A stretch of DNA of 55,852 nucleotides, from the IMG/VR virus record IMGVR_UViG_3300016371_000006. The stretch is one strand, 5' to 3'. The notes under the pieces were generated by a model. The model worked only from the letters and a program-made list of their open reading frames with translations, was not told the DNA's origin and searched no databases. The translations under genes and the position numbers were made by a program. Positions 26,301 through 37,642 of this stretch are shown here, one piece after another (positions within the stretch are counted from its first letter, which is position 1; every line of letters begins with the position of its first letter). Source of the stretch: an uncultured virus (IMG/VR IMGVR_UViG_3300016371_000006). Taxonomy: Duplodnaviria > Heunggongvirae > Uroviricota > Caudoviricetes.

Positions 26301-29300
26301 CGCTCGAACAGGTCACCAATCAGCTGGCCGGGTTGGGCATCACCGTTGACGCCGACAAGTCGACCGGGCAGATCCGCAGCTTCTCCGCGCACACCAAGAA
26401 GGAGATGGACGACCTCCAGGACTACCTGAACACCCTGTTCGGGCCGGACAAGTTCCCCGAGATCGTCAAGAAGGTCAACTTCTCGATCGACAACCTGCCC
26501 GATCAGGCCGTCAAGGAGTTCCTGACGAAGGGGATCGGGGTCCCCGAGGAACTGGCCGGCACCGACGGGATTCACGCCAAAATCTTCCTCGACCTGCAGA
26601 AGCTGCCGCCCGACCAGCAGCGCATCCTCGACGAGATTCTCAACTTCGGCGGCGCCCCGCCGAGCACCGAGGAAAAGAAGCACGAGCGCCACTGGGTGCC
26701 CGGTCACCGCGAGCCCGGTCACGGGATCTCGCCGGGGCATTGGGACGACGAAGGAGCGGACGGCGGCGGCGGCGGAATAAACCTGGGCAAGGCCATCCTC
26801 AAGAGCCTGCCGATCGTCGGGGCCTTCTTCCAGTCCGGTGGCACCGTCACCGGTCCCGGCGGCACCGACAAGGTGCTGATCCGGGCGACCGCGGGCGAGA
26901 AGGTGATGAACCTGCCCGCGGTGGCCAAGTACGGGCCGATGTTGGACGCGATGAACCTGCAGGCGTTCGCCAACGGCGGCACCGTCCTGGATGCCGCCGG
27001 CATCCCCGCCAGCATGCAGGGCGGCGCGTTCGCCGGTGCGACCGGGGCTATCGCGCTGCCCGCCGCGATCAACGTGATAGCGCCGCTGCCGATGAGCGCG
27101 GCCGACACCCTGACGAGCGCCGGGATACCCGACAAGTTGCAGGGCGAGGTGACGCAGGCCGGCGTCACCGAGACCGGGGTGGCGCTGCCCACCAACCTGG
27201 CCGTCAAGGACCAGGACCGCAAGAGCGCCGAAGACGTGATGACCGCGGCCGGTATCCCGTCGAATCTGCAGACCACCGAAGGGGTGGCGATCGACGTCAA
27301 GCTGAACCTGGCCGCGGGTTCCACCACGCTCAATGTCGCCGGGGCGGCAGCACCGGGCCCGGGCGGTCCGGTTCAGGACCAGGCGTTGCAGGCGCTGCTG
27401 GGCGGTGGGTTCGCCGGGATGCTGGCGGGTGGCTTCCCGCAAAGCGAGTTCGCGCCGCTGTCCAACATCATCCAAGGCGAATCGTCGTGGAACCCGGCCA
27501 ACGTCAACTACTCCGACATCAACGCGCAGCGGGGTGACAACTCGGTCGGTTTGGGCCAGTTGACGCTGTCGAATTACCGGGCTTACGGCTTCCCGCAGGT
27601 CACCAGCATCGCCGCGGCGCAGGCGCTGACCCCGTATCAGCAGGTGACGGCGATGCTGAACTACATGAAGGGCCGCTACCACGGCGGCCCGCAGCACGTC
27701 TGGGATGTTCAGTGGGCGGCCAATCGCAATTACGCCACCGGCGGCCATGTGGGGCTGAAGGAGGACCGCCCCGTTCCGGGTGTGGGCAGCGCCGGATACA
27801 AGTTCCTCGGTTTCGCCGGTGGCGGTTTCGCCTTCCAGCCCGGCGGCGATGTTGGCGAGCGCGGCGATGACCCCGGGGCGCCCGGCTCATCTCGCCGGCG
27901 ATTGCCTTGGCCACCGCCCTTTGATCCGAACCTGCCGACCGGGGGAAGCAACTTCGACCCGCGGATGAGAATCGACACCTCGATGACCTCGGTGGGGTCG
28001 CAGCGCCAACTGGGGCCGGTGCGGGAGTTCCTCAACTGGGGCATCGACATTCTGAACACCGGCGTTTCCGCCCAGACCCCGGGGCACCGGTACGGGCTGG
28101 GCCTGACGAACATCCCCTTCGTGGGAAAGTATCTGCGGATTCCCGGCTTCGCGGGTGGCGGCGGTGCTCATGCCGACAGTGGCCACGACCAGGAGGAGTG
28201 GGCGCTGGATTACCTGGAGCGTAACTATCTTGGGTTGTCTTTCGATCTGCCCATGCACAACGCGACTGGTGGCCCGATCCCCCGCGACGTCACCGAGAAC
28301 CCCGGCCATTTCGACCCTGACTATCCGCCGAAGTACAGCCGCTGGCATGGCATGGTGCCGTGGCTGACAACCATCTATGGACCCGGACTCGGCAGCATAA
28401 GCAATATTGCCGGTGGCATGGCTGGCTTCCAGCACGGCGGCGCGACGTCGTCGCTGTCGTATCACTCCGAGTCCCACCTGGCCCCGCACGTCGGGCTGCC
28501 GGTGTCGAAAACCTCGGTGTGGTCACACATGCTCGGCGGCGGGGTGCCGATATCGCCCACCGGCGCCGGGTTGTGGACGTCCCCGAACGCGGCGTGGGCG
28601 CACCTGATCATGCGCGAGTCCGGCGGCGACCCGAGGGTCACCCAGCACGGCTACGTCGATGTCAATACCGGCTGGAACGAGGCCGAGGGGCTGTTCCAGA
28701 TCACCCCGGCGACGTGGGCCGACAACGGCGGCTTGAAGTTCGACGTGAGGCATCCCGGCATGGCGACCCCGCAGCAGCAGGCCGACATAGCTGCCAACAT
28801 CTTCCGCGCTCACCCGGATGGCCGGGACTGGCTGGGAATCCCGCCCGACCCGAAGCGGGAGAACGCAGACGAGCTGGCGGCGGGCCTCGGCATGGCCATC
28901 CACAAGAAGGAGGGGATCCGCGGGTTCCTGCCCGGTGGCCTGGTGAGCGGTGACTACAGCCACGACGACATCCAGGGCGTGGACGCCGAGATCCTGGGCG
29001 CCGACGTCATCGCGCACGGGATGGGTCTGACGCTGACCTCGGGCAGGGCGCGCCACTCGATCGACAGCGGGTATCACCCCAAGGGCATGGCCGGGGACTT
29101 CTCCGATGGCACCGACACGCCGGCGGAAACCCGCTTCGCCACCTACATGGCGAGCAACTTCGGACCCCACATCGCCCAGCTGATCCACGCTGGTGGGGGC
29201 TGGAACACCGACTTCAACATCGGCGACGGCAAATTCATCCGCGACTGGAAGCTGCAGGGGAACTCCTATTACGACGCGAAGACCTTGGGGGAACACCACG

Positions 29301-32155
29301 ACCACGTCCACCTCGCGATGGTGCCCGGTTCCGCGCCGGACCTCGCGCAGCTCGCCACCAGCGGCACGCTGCCGGCGAACTGGAACACCTCCGGTAACGG
29401 GTTGACTTTCAACTCCGGCTCTAACGTGTCTCTGGTCAGCGCGGTCAGCAGCGCGGGCGGTGCGGGCGGTACGGGTCACGCTGCGGGGCCGCTGGCTCCC
29501 CTGTTCGCCGGTCTGGTCCAGGGCGTGTTCGAGGCGCTGGGTTTCAAGCTGCCCCACCCGGAGGCGTTCTGGGACTGGGTGAGCGGAAAGGCCACGTCGG
29601 CCTCGCCGGCCGCGGCCGCATCCTCGCCCGGCGCCGCCAACCCTCCGGCCGGTCCCCCGGCCGCCGGACCCCCCGCGACGGCGGCCATCACCAAGGACAC
29701 CAAGGGCGCACCGGTCGACTGGTGGGGCACAAAGGCAAGCGAGAGAAAATCACCGGCACCCGTGGGCGGCTACGAGCACATGACTCACGTCGACGACGCC
29801 GGAGGCTGGGTCGACGGCGCCGGGGACGTGTATTCCGACAAAGAGGGCAAGAACTTCACCGGCAAGGTATGGCACGGTCCCGACAAGCCGATGACCTGGG
29901 CCCCGGGCTGGGGCCCCGCGCCGGATACGCCGGATACGACCCACACCGTCGCGATGGTCCAGGAGGGCGGCCTGCTCGGCATGGCCAACGGCGGCATCAT
30001 CAAGGGTTATCACTGGCCGGGCCGCGACAGCGTGCCGATGAGCGTGCCGGCCGGGACGTTCATCCTGAACCGGCATCGCACGGCGCAGTACCGCGACGTC
30101 CTGGGTCAGATGGGCCTCGGGATGGCGGGCGGCGGGATGGTGCCGATCATCACCGAGCCGGGCGAGCTGCTGGTTCCACCCGGTGCGGCGCCGCCCGGTG
30201 TGTTGCACGCGATGAACCAGGGCCGGCTGCTGCGGCGCCAGCCCGGCGGCGGCACCGGCGGGGACGACCAGGGCGGCGGGGACCAGATTGGCGGCCTACC
30301 GAGGGTCGTACTGGTCGATAAGACCGTGCACGGCGACCCGAACCTGCCGAAGGTGCCCGCGCCGGTCGGGCCGGGCCAGCCGCTGACGCCGCCGCCGGCG
30401 GGCTGGCCGGCGCCGATCGCCCCGGCCGGGGCACCGCGCCCGGCAGCGCAGGCCGTCGAGACACCCTACGGCTGGTTCCTCTACCCGATGGACATGCCCG
30501 ACAAGGGCGCGAGCCTGACCCCCGAGGTGCGCCGTGACTTCACCAAGTGGCTGCACGAGGCCGAGATGCGGGCCCGCACAGCCACCGACGATGCGCAGGC
30601 CCTGCATGACGCGAGCCAGGCCGAAACCGACGCGCTGGCCCGCCTGCGCAGCGCCAACGACGCCTGGGACAAGGTCGTCAACGACGCGAAACAGAAGTTC
30701 CCCGACACCTGGCAGAAGTACCTCGACCTCATGACCGACGACCAGCACCAGACGACGAACGAGGCGAAAGCCAAGAAGGAACTCACCGAGGCCATCAACA
30801 AGGAGAAGGAGACCAGCAAGGCGCTGAGCAAGGCGAATGAGCGCCTGCACGACGCCCAGGTCGACCAGGCCGAGCAACTCGACAACCTGCCGCCGTGGGA
30901 GAGCAAAGCCAAGGAGGCGGCCGTCAGCCCGGACGAGAACGCCGCCGCGATGGGCGCGGGCCTGATCAAGGGCATGGCCCAGGAGCTGGGGTTCGGCGAC
31001 GTGTTCGGCAAACCGCCGTGGCAGTGGGGCATCTGGAAGCTGTTCGCCGGCACCGCGTCGGCCGCGCTGGGCATCGCCAATCAGCTGGGCGAAGGCAGAA
31101 GCAGCGCCGCCACCGGCGGCGGCGCCCCGGCGGTGGGCGCCACACCCCCGCCGGTGCCGGCAGGGCCCGGCCCGAGTACGGCATTCCCGGCTACCGAAGA
31201 AACGCCCAGCAGCAAAGACGCCCAGGGCCGCGACGTCTACGGCGACGACGCGCCCAACTCGCAGGGTGAGTACGCCCACGCGCACGGCCCGGCAACCAAC
31301 TGGGACTACATCGGTCCGGGGCGCTACAAGAAGAAGGACGCCAAGGCCGATACGCCGAAAGCCCCACCGGCGGTTCCTCCGCCAGCGGACGAGGGAGACA
31401 CCTTCGGCGGCCATAAACTCGACCCGACCCACGAGCGGTGGTACATGCTCCCCGACGGGCGCCGCGAGCTGATCAGGGACGGCGTGTCGCAAGGCATCTA
31501 CGACCAGAACGGCCCGGTGACAAACGCGCCACCGCCGGAGCAACCCCCGGTGACGCCCCCGGCGCCGCACGCGGCGCCGCCGTCAGGACAAGGGGGCGGC
31601 CAAGCGCGCCCGGGGCAGTTCCATCAGAGTGACATCGGGAGCTGGTCCGGCTACCTGGGTCGCTCGGTTGGACCACAGGACGTGATTCCGCTCCCGGGGC
31701 AGCCTCCGGAGCCGCCCCCGACCCCTAGGCCGCGACGCGGCAGCCGAGCGGGCGGCGCGGGGTATGCCACGCAGGACGGCACGCAGGACGGCGCGCAGAC
31801 CGTGTCGGCGGTGTGGTCGGCCGACGGCAAGCCCACGGCGATGGACTGGCTGATGCACCCGGCACGCACGTCGCTGATGGACTACCAGCAGCGCACCGGC
31901 ACGCTGCCCGGGATGCCGCCGCCGCGGTCCCCCTCCGAGGTCGCCTCCTGGATGTCGGGCAGCCAGGGCCCCGGCGGTCTGGGCGGCATCGTCGGGGCGC
32001 TGAGTAACCAGGCCCAGCGGATGACCGGCGGCCCGCAGATCACCGTCAACGCCAACAGCGTGCCGCCCGACCAGATCGTGGACCGCGCGCAGCAGGCGGT
32101 CAACCGGTGGAGTCGCGCGCCGGAGATGGCGGGCGGCGCGGGGGTGCCGGTGTGA
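23300..32155 (+). CDS. Tape measure protein with cell-wall hydrolase-like domains
   Basis: 2951 aa, Ala/Gly-rich helical; GESSWNP..GLGQ, ESGG...[15 protein letters not shown]...HHDHVH motifs. Confidence 0.95.
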   Translation: MSAPGAGQGVSWVDVAASAAGIYSQMQAIGAQAASGLAQGMASSLPSALTPVIKGAMAAAVEAGSIRGLLGRSLEESLTADVQRTLGKVGPALRAGLQREMQTAFQGAMALPSDAIAADITRSLSKVGPALRASLNKEMREAFDAAQAETVGEQWGRTVMRGASRGIGDIRQTIAQQFFNIPTMQAAAAGERMGEAIKGGIRTTMSELWSTGGMQAIMARGLTDQLANAYREATAAANATLLSEGERAAMSYAGGFVPTIKQILSAEAFRGMLASGKTAGFEEVGAAAAQSMGSGFDRAFLPLVQKFTPASLRPAVARFFGQTGAEAAEMFSLNASERMLQGSRDLQNITAQMGGKMLSGWKTFSDQSAQAAGEAAKGMSLAMKSGIAAGIALAVDIAVSSIHNFVKLVNTEFQAFEKVGKDAGNALMGGFTSVVEGKMPNIQQMIGAGLEGIQTAVQMPLNAVNSYLDSTIGKIPILGGMITSVTGEISGVLGQVFSAIQDYTSIAGQFGEAILDIGNKWQQAARTISGQTLGLEHLSEYLTIVQDIAASGDLVHFKDVANVVGELSQRLSVLNDGAGLTNAQLKELATTLAEGNELLGDTKINVDNFSAALTSFNIPAEKANDELTMMINLERMTGIAINDLTHDLDATSIAWNDMGYNMDQAAFIMGKIQQILGQPALQRFPFTLAHMQDELAKTGMSLQEVVDIVRDAADENTAERFVQSIGLATSPKGAEVLTKWLRDLKEIPATVDEVNAALAKEGVKLHEPIDEALQATKDLGQELEVLSQQVVAALAPMGLGLVRGLTGIGDKVSTWLQTHQVEFIGFVGTIGEKLLDWGSRISHWLAKMLREMSGFVESTKDAIVLAMMAADAALITFTAQLALFVPGLGEVTKGAVHAMGALKSMLDLDVGGWMRSGAEGLDELGDGIASLEPKLAALTTMAQGARAMWQATRATFGAPINMPGTEDPFKDWRGTIQRDAPKLQQAISGSLEGGMKIDPAALEQVTNQLAGLGITVDADKSTGQIRSFSAHTKKEMDDLQDYLNTLFGPDKFPEIVKKVNFSIDNLPDQAVKEFLTKGIGVPEELAGTDGIHAKIFLDLQKLPPDQQRILDEILNFGGAPPSTEEKKHERHWVPGHREPGHGISPGHWDDEGADGGGGGINLGKAILKSLPIVGAFFQSGGTVTGPGGTDKVLIRATAGEKVMNLPAVAKYGPMLDAMNLQAFANGGTVLDAAGIPASMQGGAFAGATGAIALPAAINVIAPLPMSAADTLTSAGIPDKLQGEVTQAGVTETGVALPTNLAVKDQDRKSAEDVMTAAGIPSNLQTTEGVAIDVKLNLAAGSTTLNVAGAAAPGPGGPVQDQALQALLGGGFAGMLAGGFPQSEFAPLSNIIQGESSWNPANVNYSDINAQRGDNSVGLGQLTLSNYRAYGFPQVTSIAAAQALTPYQQVTAMLNYMKGRYHGGPQHVWDVQWAANRNYATGGHVGLKEDRPVPGVGSAGYKFLGFAGGGFAFQPGGDVGERGDDPGAPGSSRRRLPWPPPFDPNLPTGGSNFDPRMRIDTSMTSVGSQRQLGPVREFLNWGIDILNTGVSAQTPGHRYGLGLTNIPFVGKYLRIPGFAGGGGAHADSGHDQEEWALDYLERNYLGLSFDLPMHNATGGPIPRDVTENPGHFDPDYPPKYSRWHGMVPWLTTIYGPGLGSISNIAGGMAGFQHGGATSSLSYHSESHLAPHVGLPVSKTSVWSHMLGGGVPISPTGAGLWTSPNAAWAHLIMRESGGDPRVTQHGYVDVNTGWNEAEGLFQITPATWADNGGLKFDVRHPGMATPQQQADIAANIFRAHPDGRDWLGIPPDPKRENADELAAGLGMAIHKKEGIRGFLPGGLVSGDYSHDDIQGVDAEILGADVIAHGMGLTLTSGRARHSIDSGYHPKGMAGDFSDGTDTPAETRFATYMASNFGPHIAQLIHAGGGWNTDFNIGDGKFIRDWKLQGNSYYDAKTLGEHHDHVHLAMVPGSAPDLAQLATSGTLPANWNTSGNGLTFNSGSNVSLVSAVSSAGGAGGTGHAAGPLAPLFAGLVQGVFEALGFKLPHPEAFWDWVSGKATSASPAAAASSPGAANPPAGPPAAGPPATAAITKDTKGAPVDWWGTKASERKSPAPVGGYEHMTHVDDAGGWVDGAGDVYSDKEGKNFTGKVWHGPDKPMTWAPGWGPAPDTPDTTHTVAMVQEGGLLGMANGGIIKGYHWPGRDSVPMSVPAGTFILNRHRTAQYRDVLGQMGLGMAGGGMVPIITEPGELLVPPGAAPPGVLHAMNQGRLLRRQPGGGTGGDDQGGGDQIGGLPRVVLVDKTVHGDPNLPKVPAPVGPGQPLTPPPAGWPAPIAPAGAPRPAAQAVETPYGWFLYPMDMPDKGASLTPEVRRDFTKWLHEAEMRARTATDDAQALHDASQAETDALARLRSANDAWDKVVNDAKQKFPDTWQKYLDLMTDDQHQTTNEAKAKKELTEAINKEKETSKALSKANERLHDAQVDQAEQLDNLPPWESKAKEAAVSPDENAAAMGAGLIKGMAQELGFGDVFGKPPWQWGIWKLFAGTASAALGIANQLGEGRSSAATGGGAPAVGATPPPVPAGPGPSTAFPATEETPSSKDAQGRDVYGDDAPNSQGEYAHAHGPATNWDYIGPGRYKKKDAKADTPKAPPAVPPPADEGDTFGGHKLDPTHERWYMLPDGRRELIRDGVSQGIYDQNGPVTNAPPPEQPPVTPPAPHAAPPSGQGGGQARPGQFHQSDIGSWSGYLGRSVGPQDVIPLPGQPPEPPPTPRPRRGSRAGGAGYATQDGTQDGAQTVSAVWSADGKPTAMDWLMHPARTSLMDYQQRTGTLPGMPPPRSPSEVASWMSGSQGPGGLGGIVGALSNQAQRMTGGPQITVNANSVPPDQIVDRAQQAVNRWSRAPEMAGGAGVPV

Positions 32156-32223
32156 GAATCTCGCGCAGTGCCGCAGCCCCGGTGTCCACCAACGGACACC
32201 GCGGCCGCGACGTGACGCCGTGG

Positions 32224-33363
32224 ATGACCTCAGCGCCGATCGTCGGGCCGCAGCTGTGGCCGGGCACCACCTCGACCGCCTACCTCCCGCAGCTCGTCGA
32301 GCCGGTGAGCTTCGACCAGCTGCCGCCGCCGGTGCGCGGCATGATGACCCACGCCGTCTACATCACCCCGCCGCAGGACCGCATCTTCAACCTGGCCGGC
32401 CCGTCCAAGGGCCGCGAGGGGGTGCGGCTGGCGACCACCGTGTCGGGCGACCAGCAGTGGCCCTACAAGCAGGTCCTGGTCAACTCGCCGTACATGTTCG
32501 GTGCCACCATCGAGCGCCAGAACATCCCCGAGCGCATGTTCGACCTGGGCATCGTCATCGGCTCGCAGGCCCCGCCCATGACGGAGTACCAGTACCGCCT
32601 CGCCGAGGACAATTGGTGGGCCGGCCAGGACGAATCCAACGACGGCTGGTTCGGCGTCTACACCCGCTATTCCGGGTGGCGCTGGATCCCGGTGCGCCCG
32701 TCCGAGACCGTCAAGAGCCCGCAGAAGATCGACCCGACCGCGTTCGGCAACAACGCCAGCCAGTGGGACCTGACCTGGGTGGCCGCCCGCCCGTACTTCA
32801 CCAAGCCCGCGCTGTACCGACTGTTCGACGCCGCCGGCGCCAACGCCGCACCGTATGCCCCGCCGGCGGGCGGCGGCATCCTCTCCGGCTTGCTGTCCCC
32901 GCTGGTGACGCTGATCGACGAGATCACCGGGCTGCCCATGTACCACTGGGGCACGCTGCCGATCGCCAACCGCGGCGACCTGCCGTCCTACGTCACGTTC
33001 TACGTCAGCTCACCCGGGCAGGCGATCGTGCAGGACAACGAGTCCACCCGGCTGGTGGTGCTGCCGTTCACCCAGCCCGCGGTCGGGACGTACATGGCCG
33101 ACACCGAGCCGGGACACCGCACCCTGACCGCGGCCAACGACCCCACCGACAACCTGATCTTCGACATCATCCGCCAGTCGATGATCCTGGACTTCTTCCT
33201 GTCCGGCATCGCCAACGAGGGGCTGCCGCTGCAGCTGACCTGGAACGGGAAGTTTATGTTCGCGATCCCGCCGCAGACCGTGGTGAACCTGACGGTGGCG
33301 CACAGCGAACCGAACGGGCAGATCCTGGCCGTCGTGCCGCAGCGCTTCAAGAGGTCGCGATGA
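32224..33363 (+). CDS. Minor tail protein (distal tail-like)
   Basis: Follows tape measure; FNLAG...GREGV.L, GWRW.PVR, NRGD. Confidence 0.8.
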   Translation: MTSAPIVGPQLWPGTTSTAYLPQLVEPVSFDQLPPPVRGMMTHAVYITPPQDRIFNLAGPSKGREGVRLATTVSGDQQWPYKQVLVNSPYMFGATIERQNIPERMFDLGIVIGSQAPPMTEYQYRLAEDNWWAGQDESNDGWFGVYTRYSGWRWIPVRPSETVKSPQKIDPTAFGNNASQWDLTWVAARPYFTKPALYRLFDAAGANAAPYAPPAGGGILSGLLSPLVTLIDEITGLPMYHWGTLPIANRGDLPSYVTFYVSSPGQAIVQDNESTRLVVLPFTQPAVGTYMADTEPGHRTLTAANDPTDNLIFDIIRQSMILDFFLSGIANEGLPLQLTWNGKFMFAIPPQTVVNLTVAHSEPNGQILAVVPQRFKRSR

Positions 33364-35339
33364 GCCAGTTCCTGTCCGGCATCGGCCTGCTGCCGCAGCA
33401 GTCCACCATCGGGATGCGGCTGACCGAATGGGTGGACGAGCACCTGCCCACGCCGGGCGTGCCCGAGCAGCCCGACCTGGCCAGCGCGCCGTGTCAGACC
33501 GCGGCCTACCTCAACGGGGTGCGGCTGACCACCCTGATGAGCAGCAAGCAGAAGCCGCTGATCCGGCTGGCCGACTCCAACATCGAGATCCTCCAGGAGC
33601 TCGACGGCGAGCTCGACGTGAGCATGGAAGAACTGATGGACGACACCGGCAAGTGCACGGTGACCATCCTCTACGACAACTGGCTCACCGACTACATGAC
33701 GGTGCAGACCAACCTGCTCACCGACCTCAACCTGCTCATCGACCCGATCCCGACCAAGCAGGACTGGAGAACCCGCTGGGGTGGCAAGGTCACCGAGATC
33801 CATGTCAAGAAGGACGACAAGGGTATCCACGAGATCACCCTGACGGCGCTGAGTTTCTACGAGCACGCCAAGCGCATCCTGATCGCGGCCAACCCGATCT
33901 TCCCGCCCGAGGTGCAGCTGCCGCGGATGTGGGTGCTGCCGGGACCGTGCCGCACCATCTGCGCGCTGTCCACGTTCGTCAACCTGGGCCGGCTGTTCAT
34001 GCCGATCTGGTCGACGATCACCAACATCTTCAACCCGGCGCAGTGGATCAACCCGCTCGGTCCCGATGCGCTGCTGAACTTCTCGCCTCTGGCGTGGCCC
34101 ATCCAGGTGGCGTTCGTGGACCCGGTGCTCGACCAGTCCCGCTGGTCGGCGATCGGCGCCACCTGGACGGACATGTACAAGTCGTTCAAGGACGTGCTCA
34201 CCGACTCGGGCTGCATCATGCGCTGGTATGTCTACCTGACCACGGACCCGGATTCCCCCAACGTCGAGCTCGCCAACCTGCTCAGCCTGGGCGCCGACGT
34301 GCTGGGGCTGCTGGGCCTGGACGCCAACCTGGTGGACCAACTGGGCGGCGACATCAACGCGCTGACCGCGCCGATCCGCAACTGCTGCGTGTGCAGTTTC
34401 GAGCAGATCGACGGGATCACCGGTCCCACCGGCACGGCCGCGGACGGGTTGATCTCCACGGTGGCGGTCACCCTCGACGACCTGCTGACCCCGGTGCTGG
34501 TGAACCCGACCACCGGTCAGACCTACGACGTGGCGAACACGCTGAACGGAGAGACGCTCGCCGATGCGGCCGGGGTCAGTCAGACCGACCTGCTGCAGGC
34601 GCTGCTGGACGTGGCGCCGGCGCCGCCGAAGGTGATCTGGTGGGACGGCGAATACAACGGGATGATCAACACCGACCTGACCTGGAACAAGGGCGCGGTC
34701 AAGACGATGATGACCGGCTCCAAGAGTCCGGTCATTGTCAATGAAGCGATCACCTTTGCGATCCGCTACGGCATCTCGCAATTGTCCGACGTGATCAATA
34801 CCTATATCTCGTTGTGGGAGACGCAGAACGGGATACCCGGTCAGGCGCAGACTCCGGGCACTCCCGGTTTGGACAACCTCTATCAAGGCCAGCTGGACAA
34901 TACCCTGCTGGCCTGGGAGCGCTACACCGATCCGGCCCGGGCGCTGATCGCCGGCGACATGGCCTGGCAGGAGCATTTCGAGCAGGGCTCGGGCACCGCC
35001 TACACCTTGGCGTCCGTGCTGACGCTGCGCGACGCCGATTGGAAGACAAGGGCTTTCGCCGCGTTCAAGGCCGACACCATCGACGGGCATCCGTGGATGG
35101 CCAACATCGACTACCAGCTCGGGGACCGGGTCGGCTTCGAGGAGAACGGCATCATCTACGTCGACAACGTGTACGGGATCAAACGCGAATGGTCGTGGGA
35201 TAAACCGCTGACCGTGTCGATAAAGATCGGCGAGGACAAGAAGAAATCCGATCCGTTCGCCGCCGCATTCAAGACCATCGCCGCCGTGTACGGGCTCATT
35301 TCCGAGGTGGCCGGAGAAGGAACGATTTTCGAGGCATAA
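33360..35339 (+). CDS. Minor tail protein (baseplate hub-like)
   Basis: PLIRL.D, RWGGKV, NP.FPPEVQLP, GSKSP..VN, LGDRVGFE. Confidence 0.85.
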   Translation: MSQFLSGIGLLPQQSTIGMRLTEWVDEHLPTPGVPEQPDLASAPCQTAAYLNGVRLTTLMSSKQKPLIRLADSNIEILQELDGELDVSMEELMDDTGKCTVTILYDNWLTDYMTVQTNLLTDLNLLIDPIPTKQDWRTRWGGKVTEIHVKKDDKGIHEITLTALSFYEHAKRILIAANPIFPPEVQLPRMWVLPGPCRTICALSTFVNLGRLFMPIWSTITNIFNPAQWINPLGPDALLNFSPLAWPIQVAFVDPVLDQSRWSAIGATWTDMYKSFKDVLTDSGCIMRWYVYLTTDPDSPNVELANLLSLGADVLGLLGLDANLVDQLGGDINALTAPIRNCCVCSFEQIDGITGPTGTAADGLISTVAVTLDDLLTPVLVNPTTGQTYDVANTLNGETLADAAGVSQTDLLQALLDVAPAPPKVIWWDGEYNGMINTDLTWNKGAVKTMMTGSKSPVIVNEAITFAIRYGISQLSDVINTYISLWETQNGIPGQAQTPGTPGLDNLYQGQLDNTLLAWERYTDPARALIAGDMAWQEHFEQGSGTAYTLASVLTLRDADWKTRAFAAFKADTIDGHPWMANIDYQLGDRVGFEENGIIYVDNVYGIKREWSWDKPLTVSIKIGEDKKKSDPFAAAFKTIAAVYGLISEVAGEGTIFEA

Positions 35340-36035
35340 ATGGACGACGAGAACATAGTGGAAGGCGTACCGCGGCAAGGGCCGGGGCGCTCCAATAACC
35401 GCATCGGCAGCTCGCGCTACGGGTTCTCCGGCACCAACCCCTACGCGGGCTCGCGCGGGGTGCCAAAGTTGCAGTTCGGCGAGTACGGCGAGCTGACGCC
35501 CAAGACCATCGAGCAGGCCGGATTGCAGGGCGAGGAGCGCAAGCGCGCGCAGGAGATCCTCAAGGTGCAGGCCGCCTATATCGAGATTTATCACAACCTG
35601 GACTACCCCAACGACCCCGACGGGCACGTCGTCGACCTGTCCGGGGTGCACATGACGCAGCCCAAGGTGGCGATCGCCTGGACGCTGGCGCTGCTGGGCT
35701 TCCGCTCGAGCGGCCGCTGCTACATCAAGAAGCGCCACTACGGCGGCCCCGGCGTGACGGAGGGTGCCTACACCTGGGTGGACGCCCGCGCCGCCGATGA
35801 CGCCGCCGAGGAACTGTTGCCCGAGCACCGCTCGAGCGATCACCATCTGCCGCCCGACACCCGGCGGCTGGCCGCGCAGCGCGACGGCGACCCGCCCCAG
35901 GACCTGGGCGGCTGGGCGGTCACGCCGGTGATCACCGAGGAGTGGGTCTGCTCGGTCTGCGGCAGGGCCCTGGAGCCAAACGAGTCCTGTCCACACGACT
36001 CGGTGTCCACCAACGGACACGGAGGTGAGCCGTGA
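35340..36035 (+). CDS. Minor tail-associated protein (DUF2744-like)
   Basis: Position after hub; LALLGFR...IK.R...WV pattern. Confidence 0.55.
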   Translation: MDDENIVEGVPRQGPGRSNNRIGSSRYGFSGTNPYAGSRGVPKLQFGEYGELTPKTIEQAGLQGEERKRAQEILKVQAAYIEIYHNLDYPNDPDGHVVDLSGVHMTQPKVAIAWTLALLGFRSSGRCYIKKRHYGGPGVTEGAYTWVDARAADDAAEELLPEHRSSDHHLPPDTRRLAAQRDGDPPQDLGGWAVTPVITEEWVCSVCGRALEPNESCPHDSVSTNGHGGEP

Positions 36036-37642
36036 CGTCGCTGATGGATCCGCTGGGCGTGCCGACGCCGGCGCCGCCGCAGCTGGGCGAGCTGGTGCCG
36101 CTGGGCCACTGCGTCGTCAAGCTGGACGTGTCGGCCGAAACCACCATGCCCGACACCCCGAACGGCTACACCGCGGCGCTGAAGGTGATGGCCGACCAGG
36201 GCGACCTGGACAAAGCCGCGCTGCAGGGCCCGCAGGGGCCGCCCGGCCAGATCGGCTTCCAGGTCCGCGAGGTCGTCGACCCCACCGTCAACTCCGAGGC
36301 CGACCTGGTCCCGCTGCCCAACAACCCCGACTACATCGGGCGCTACTACGTCCTGCAGGACCTCAACGACCAGGGCCAGGTGATCGGCCAGACGATGTAC
36401 ATCTGGTACGGCACCGCCTACCGCCGGATGATGATGGGCAGCTTCGGGCCGCCGGGTCCGGTGCCGGCCATCACCCCGATCGTCGATTTGATCCCGCCCT
36501 ACGACGAGAGCAACAACCCGAACAAGTCCTTCGTCAACACCTCCGGGCCGCGGCTCTCGCCGACGTGGGAGTTCGAGCTGGCCGCCCCGGCCGGCCAGTG
36601 CGGGCAGACCACCCCGATCTTCGACTTCCCCGACGTCGACGAAATCACCGCCGCGCCGGTCAACGGGGACCTGATGATGTTCACCGGGCGCTACACCGCG
36701 GCCGGCCAGGAGGTCTGGGCCCCGGGCGGCATCGGCGCGCAGCTGCCGACCACCTGGTCGATGCCGGAGGGCTCGTTCGCCTCCTACAGCGGGGTAGCCC
36801 AGCAGGTCGGTGTCGGCTCCTTCCAGATCCCGCCGCAGCCCTATCCGTGGACGCCGATCGTGTGGGGTCACCTGGGCGGCACGGACACCACCCAGGTCGC
36901 GTCGTCCAACGCCCAGCAGCTGCTCAAGGTGACCGCGCTGGGCGGCACGTTCACCCTGTCGGTCGGCGGCGCCACCACCCCACCGATCCCCTACAACGCC
37001 GACCCGGCCACCATCGAGGGATTCCTGGAGAACCTGGTCACGGTCGGTGTCAACAACATCAACGCCACCCTGCAGGGCGCGGCGAACACCCTGCTGGAGT
37101 TCGTCAACACGCTGGGCGCCCAGGTGATCGCGCCGATCGTCACCGACATCACCAACCTGATCCCACCGGATCTGTCGTCGGCGGTGATCGGCATCATCGA
37201 CTCCGGCGGCAACCTGATCAACGACGTGCTGGAATTCATCACCGGCGATCCGTTCCGGATCGGCGCGCAGGTGCTGCTCGGCGACCCCACCCAGGGCATC
37301 CAGGTGGCCCGCGGGATCGGCAACACGCTGGGCCGGATCAACATCTACCCGCACTACTCCTCGAGCGCGAACAACCAGAACAACCGGAACCGCTCCCTCA
37401 CCCCGACCAACGGCTACGCGGTGGTGCCGGCCAACCACACCGACCCGGCGATGGGCACCCTCTATACGAACCTGTGGAACGACGGCCAGATCGGGGTCTA
37501 TGACTTCAACCCGTCCGCGGCCCAGTTGTTCGTCATGGTGCAGCCGATGGGGCCGATCGCCAAACCGCCACAGGGCGTGGCCTATCCGCTGTTCTCCGGG
37601 GAGGGCTTCCTGCAAGCAACCGCACAAAGGGTGGTGCCATGA
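36032..37642 (+). CDS. Minor tail protein
   Basis: GPQGPPG collagen-like stretch, WSMPEGSF, IPPQPYPWTPIVWGH. Confidence 0.8.
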   Translation: MTSLMDPLGVPTPAPPQLGELVPLGHCVVKLDVSAETTMPDTPNGYTAALKVMADQGDLDKAALQGPQGPPGQIGFQVREVVDPTVNSEADLVPLPNNPDYIGRYYVLQDLNDQGQVIGQTMYIWYGTAYRRMMMGSFGPPGPVPAITPIVDLIPPYDESNNPNKSFVNTSGPRLSPTWEFELAAPAGQCGQTTPIFDFPDVDEITAAPVNGDLMMFTGRYTAAGQEVWAPGGIGAQLPTTWSMPEGSFASYSGVAQQVGVGSFQIPPQPYPWTPIVWGHLGGTDTTQVASSNAQQLLKVTALGGTFTLSVGGATTPPIPYNADPATIEGFLENLVTVGVNNINATLQGAANTLLEFVNTLGAQVIAPIVTDITNLIPPDLSSAVIGIIDSGGNLINDVLEFITGDPFRIGAQVLLGDPTQGIQVARGIGNTLGRINIYPHYSSSANNQNNRNRSLTPTNGYAVVPANHTDPAMGTLYTNLWNDGQIGVYDFNPSAAQLFVMVQPMGPIAKPPQGVAYPLFSGEGFLQATAQRVVP

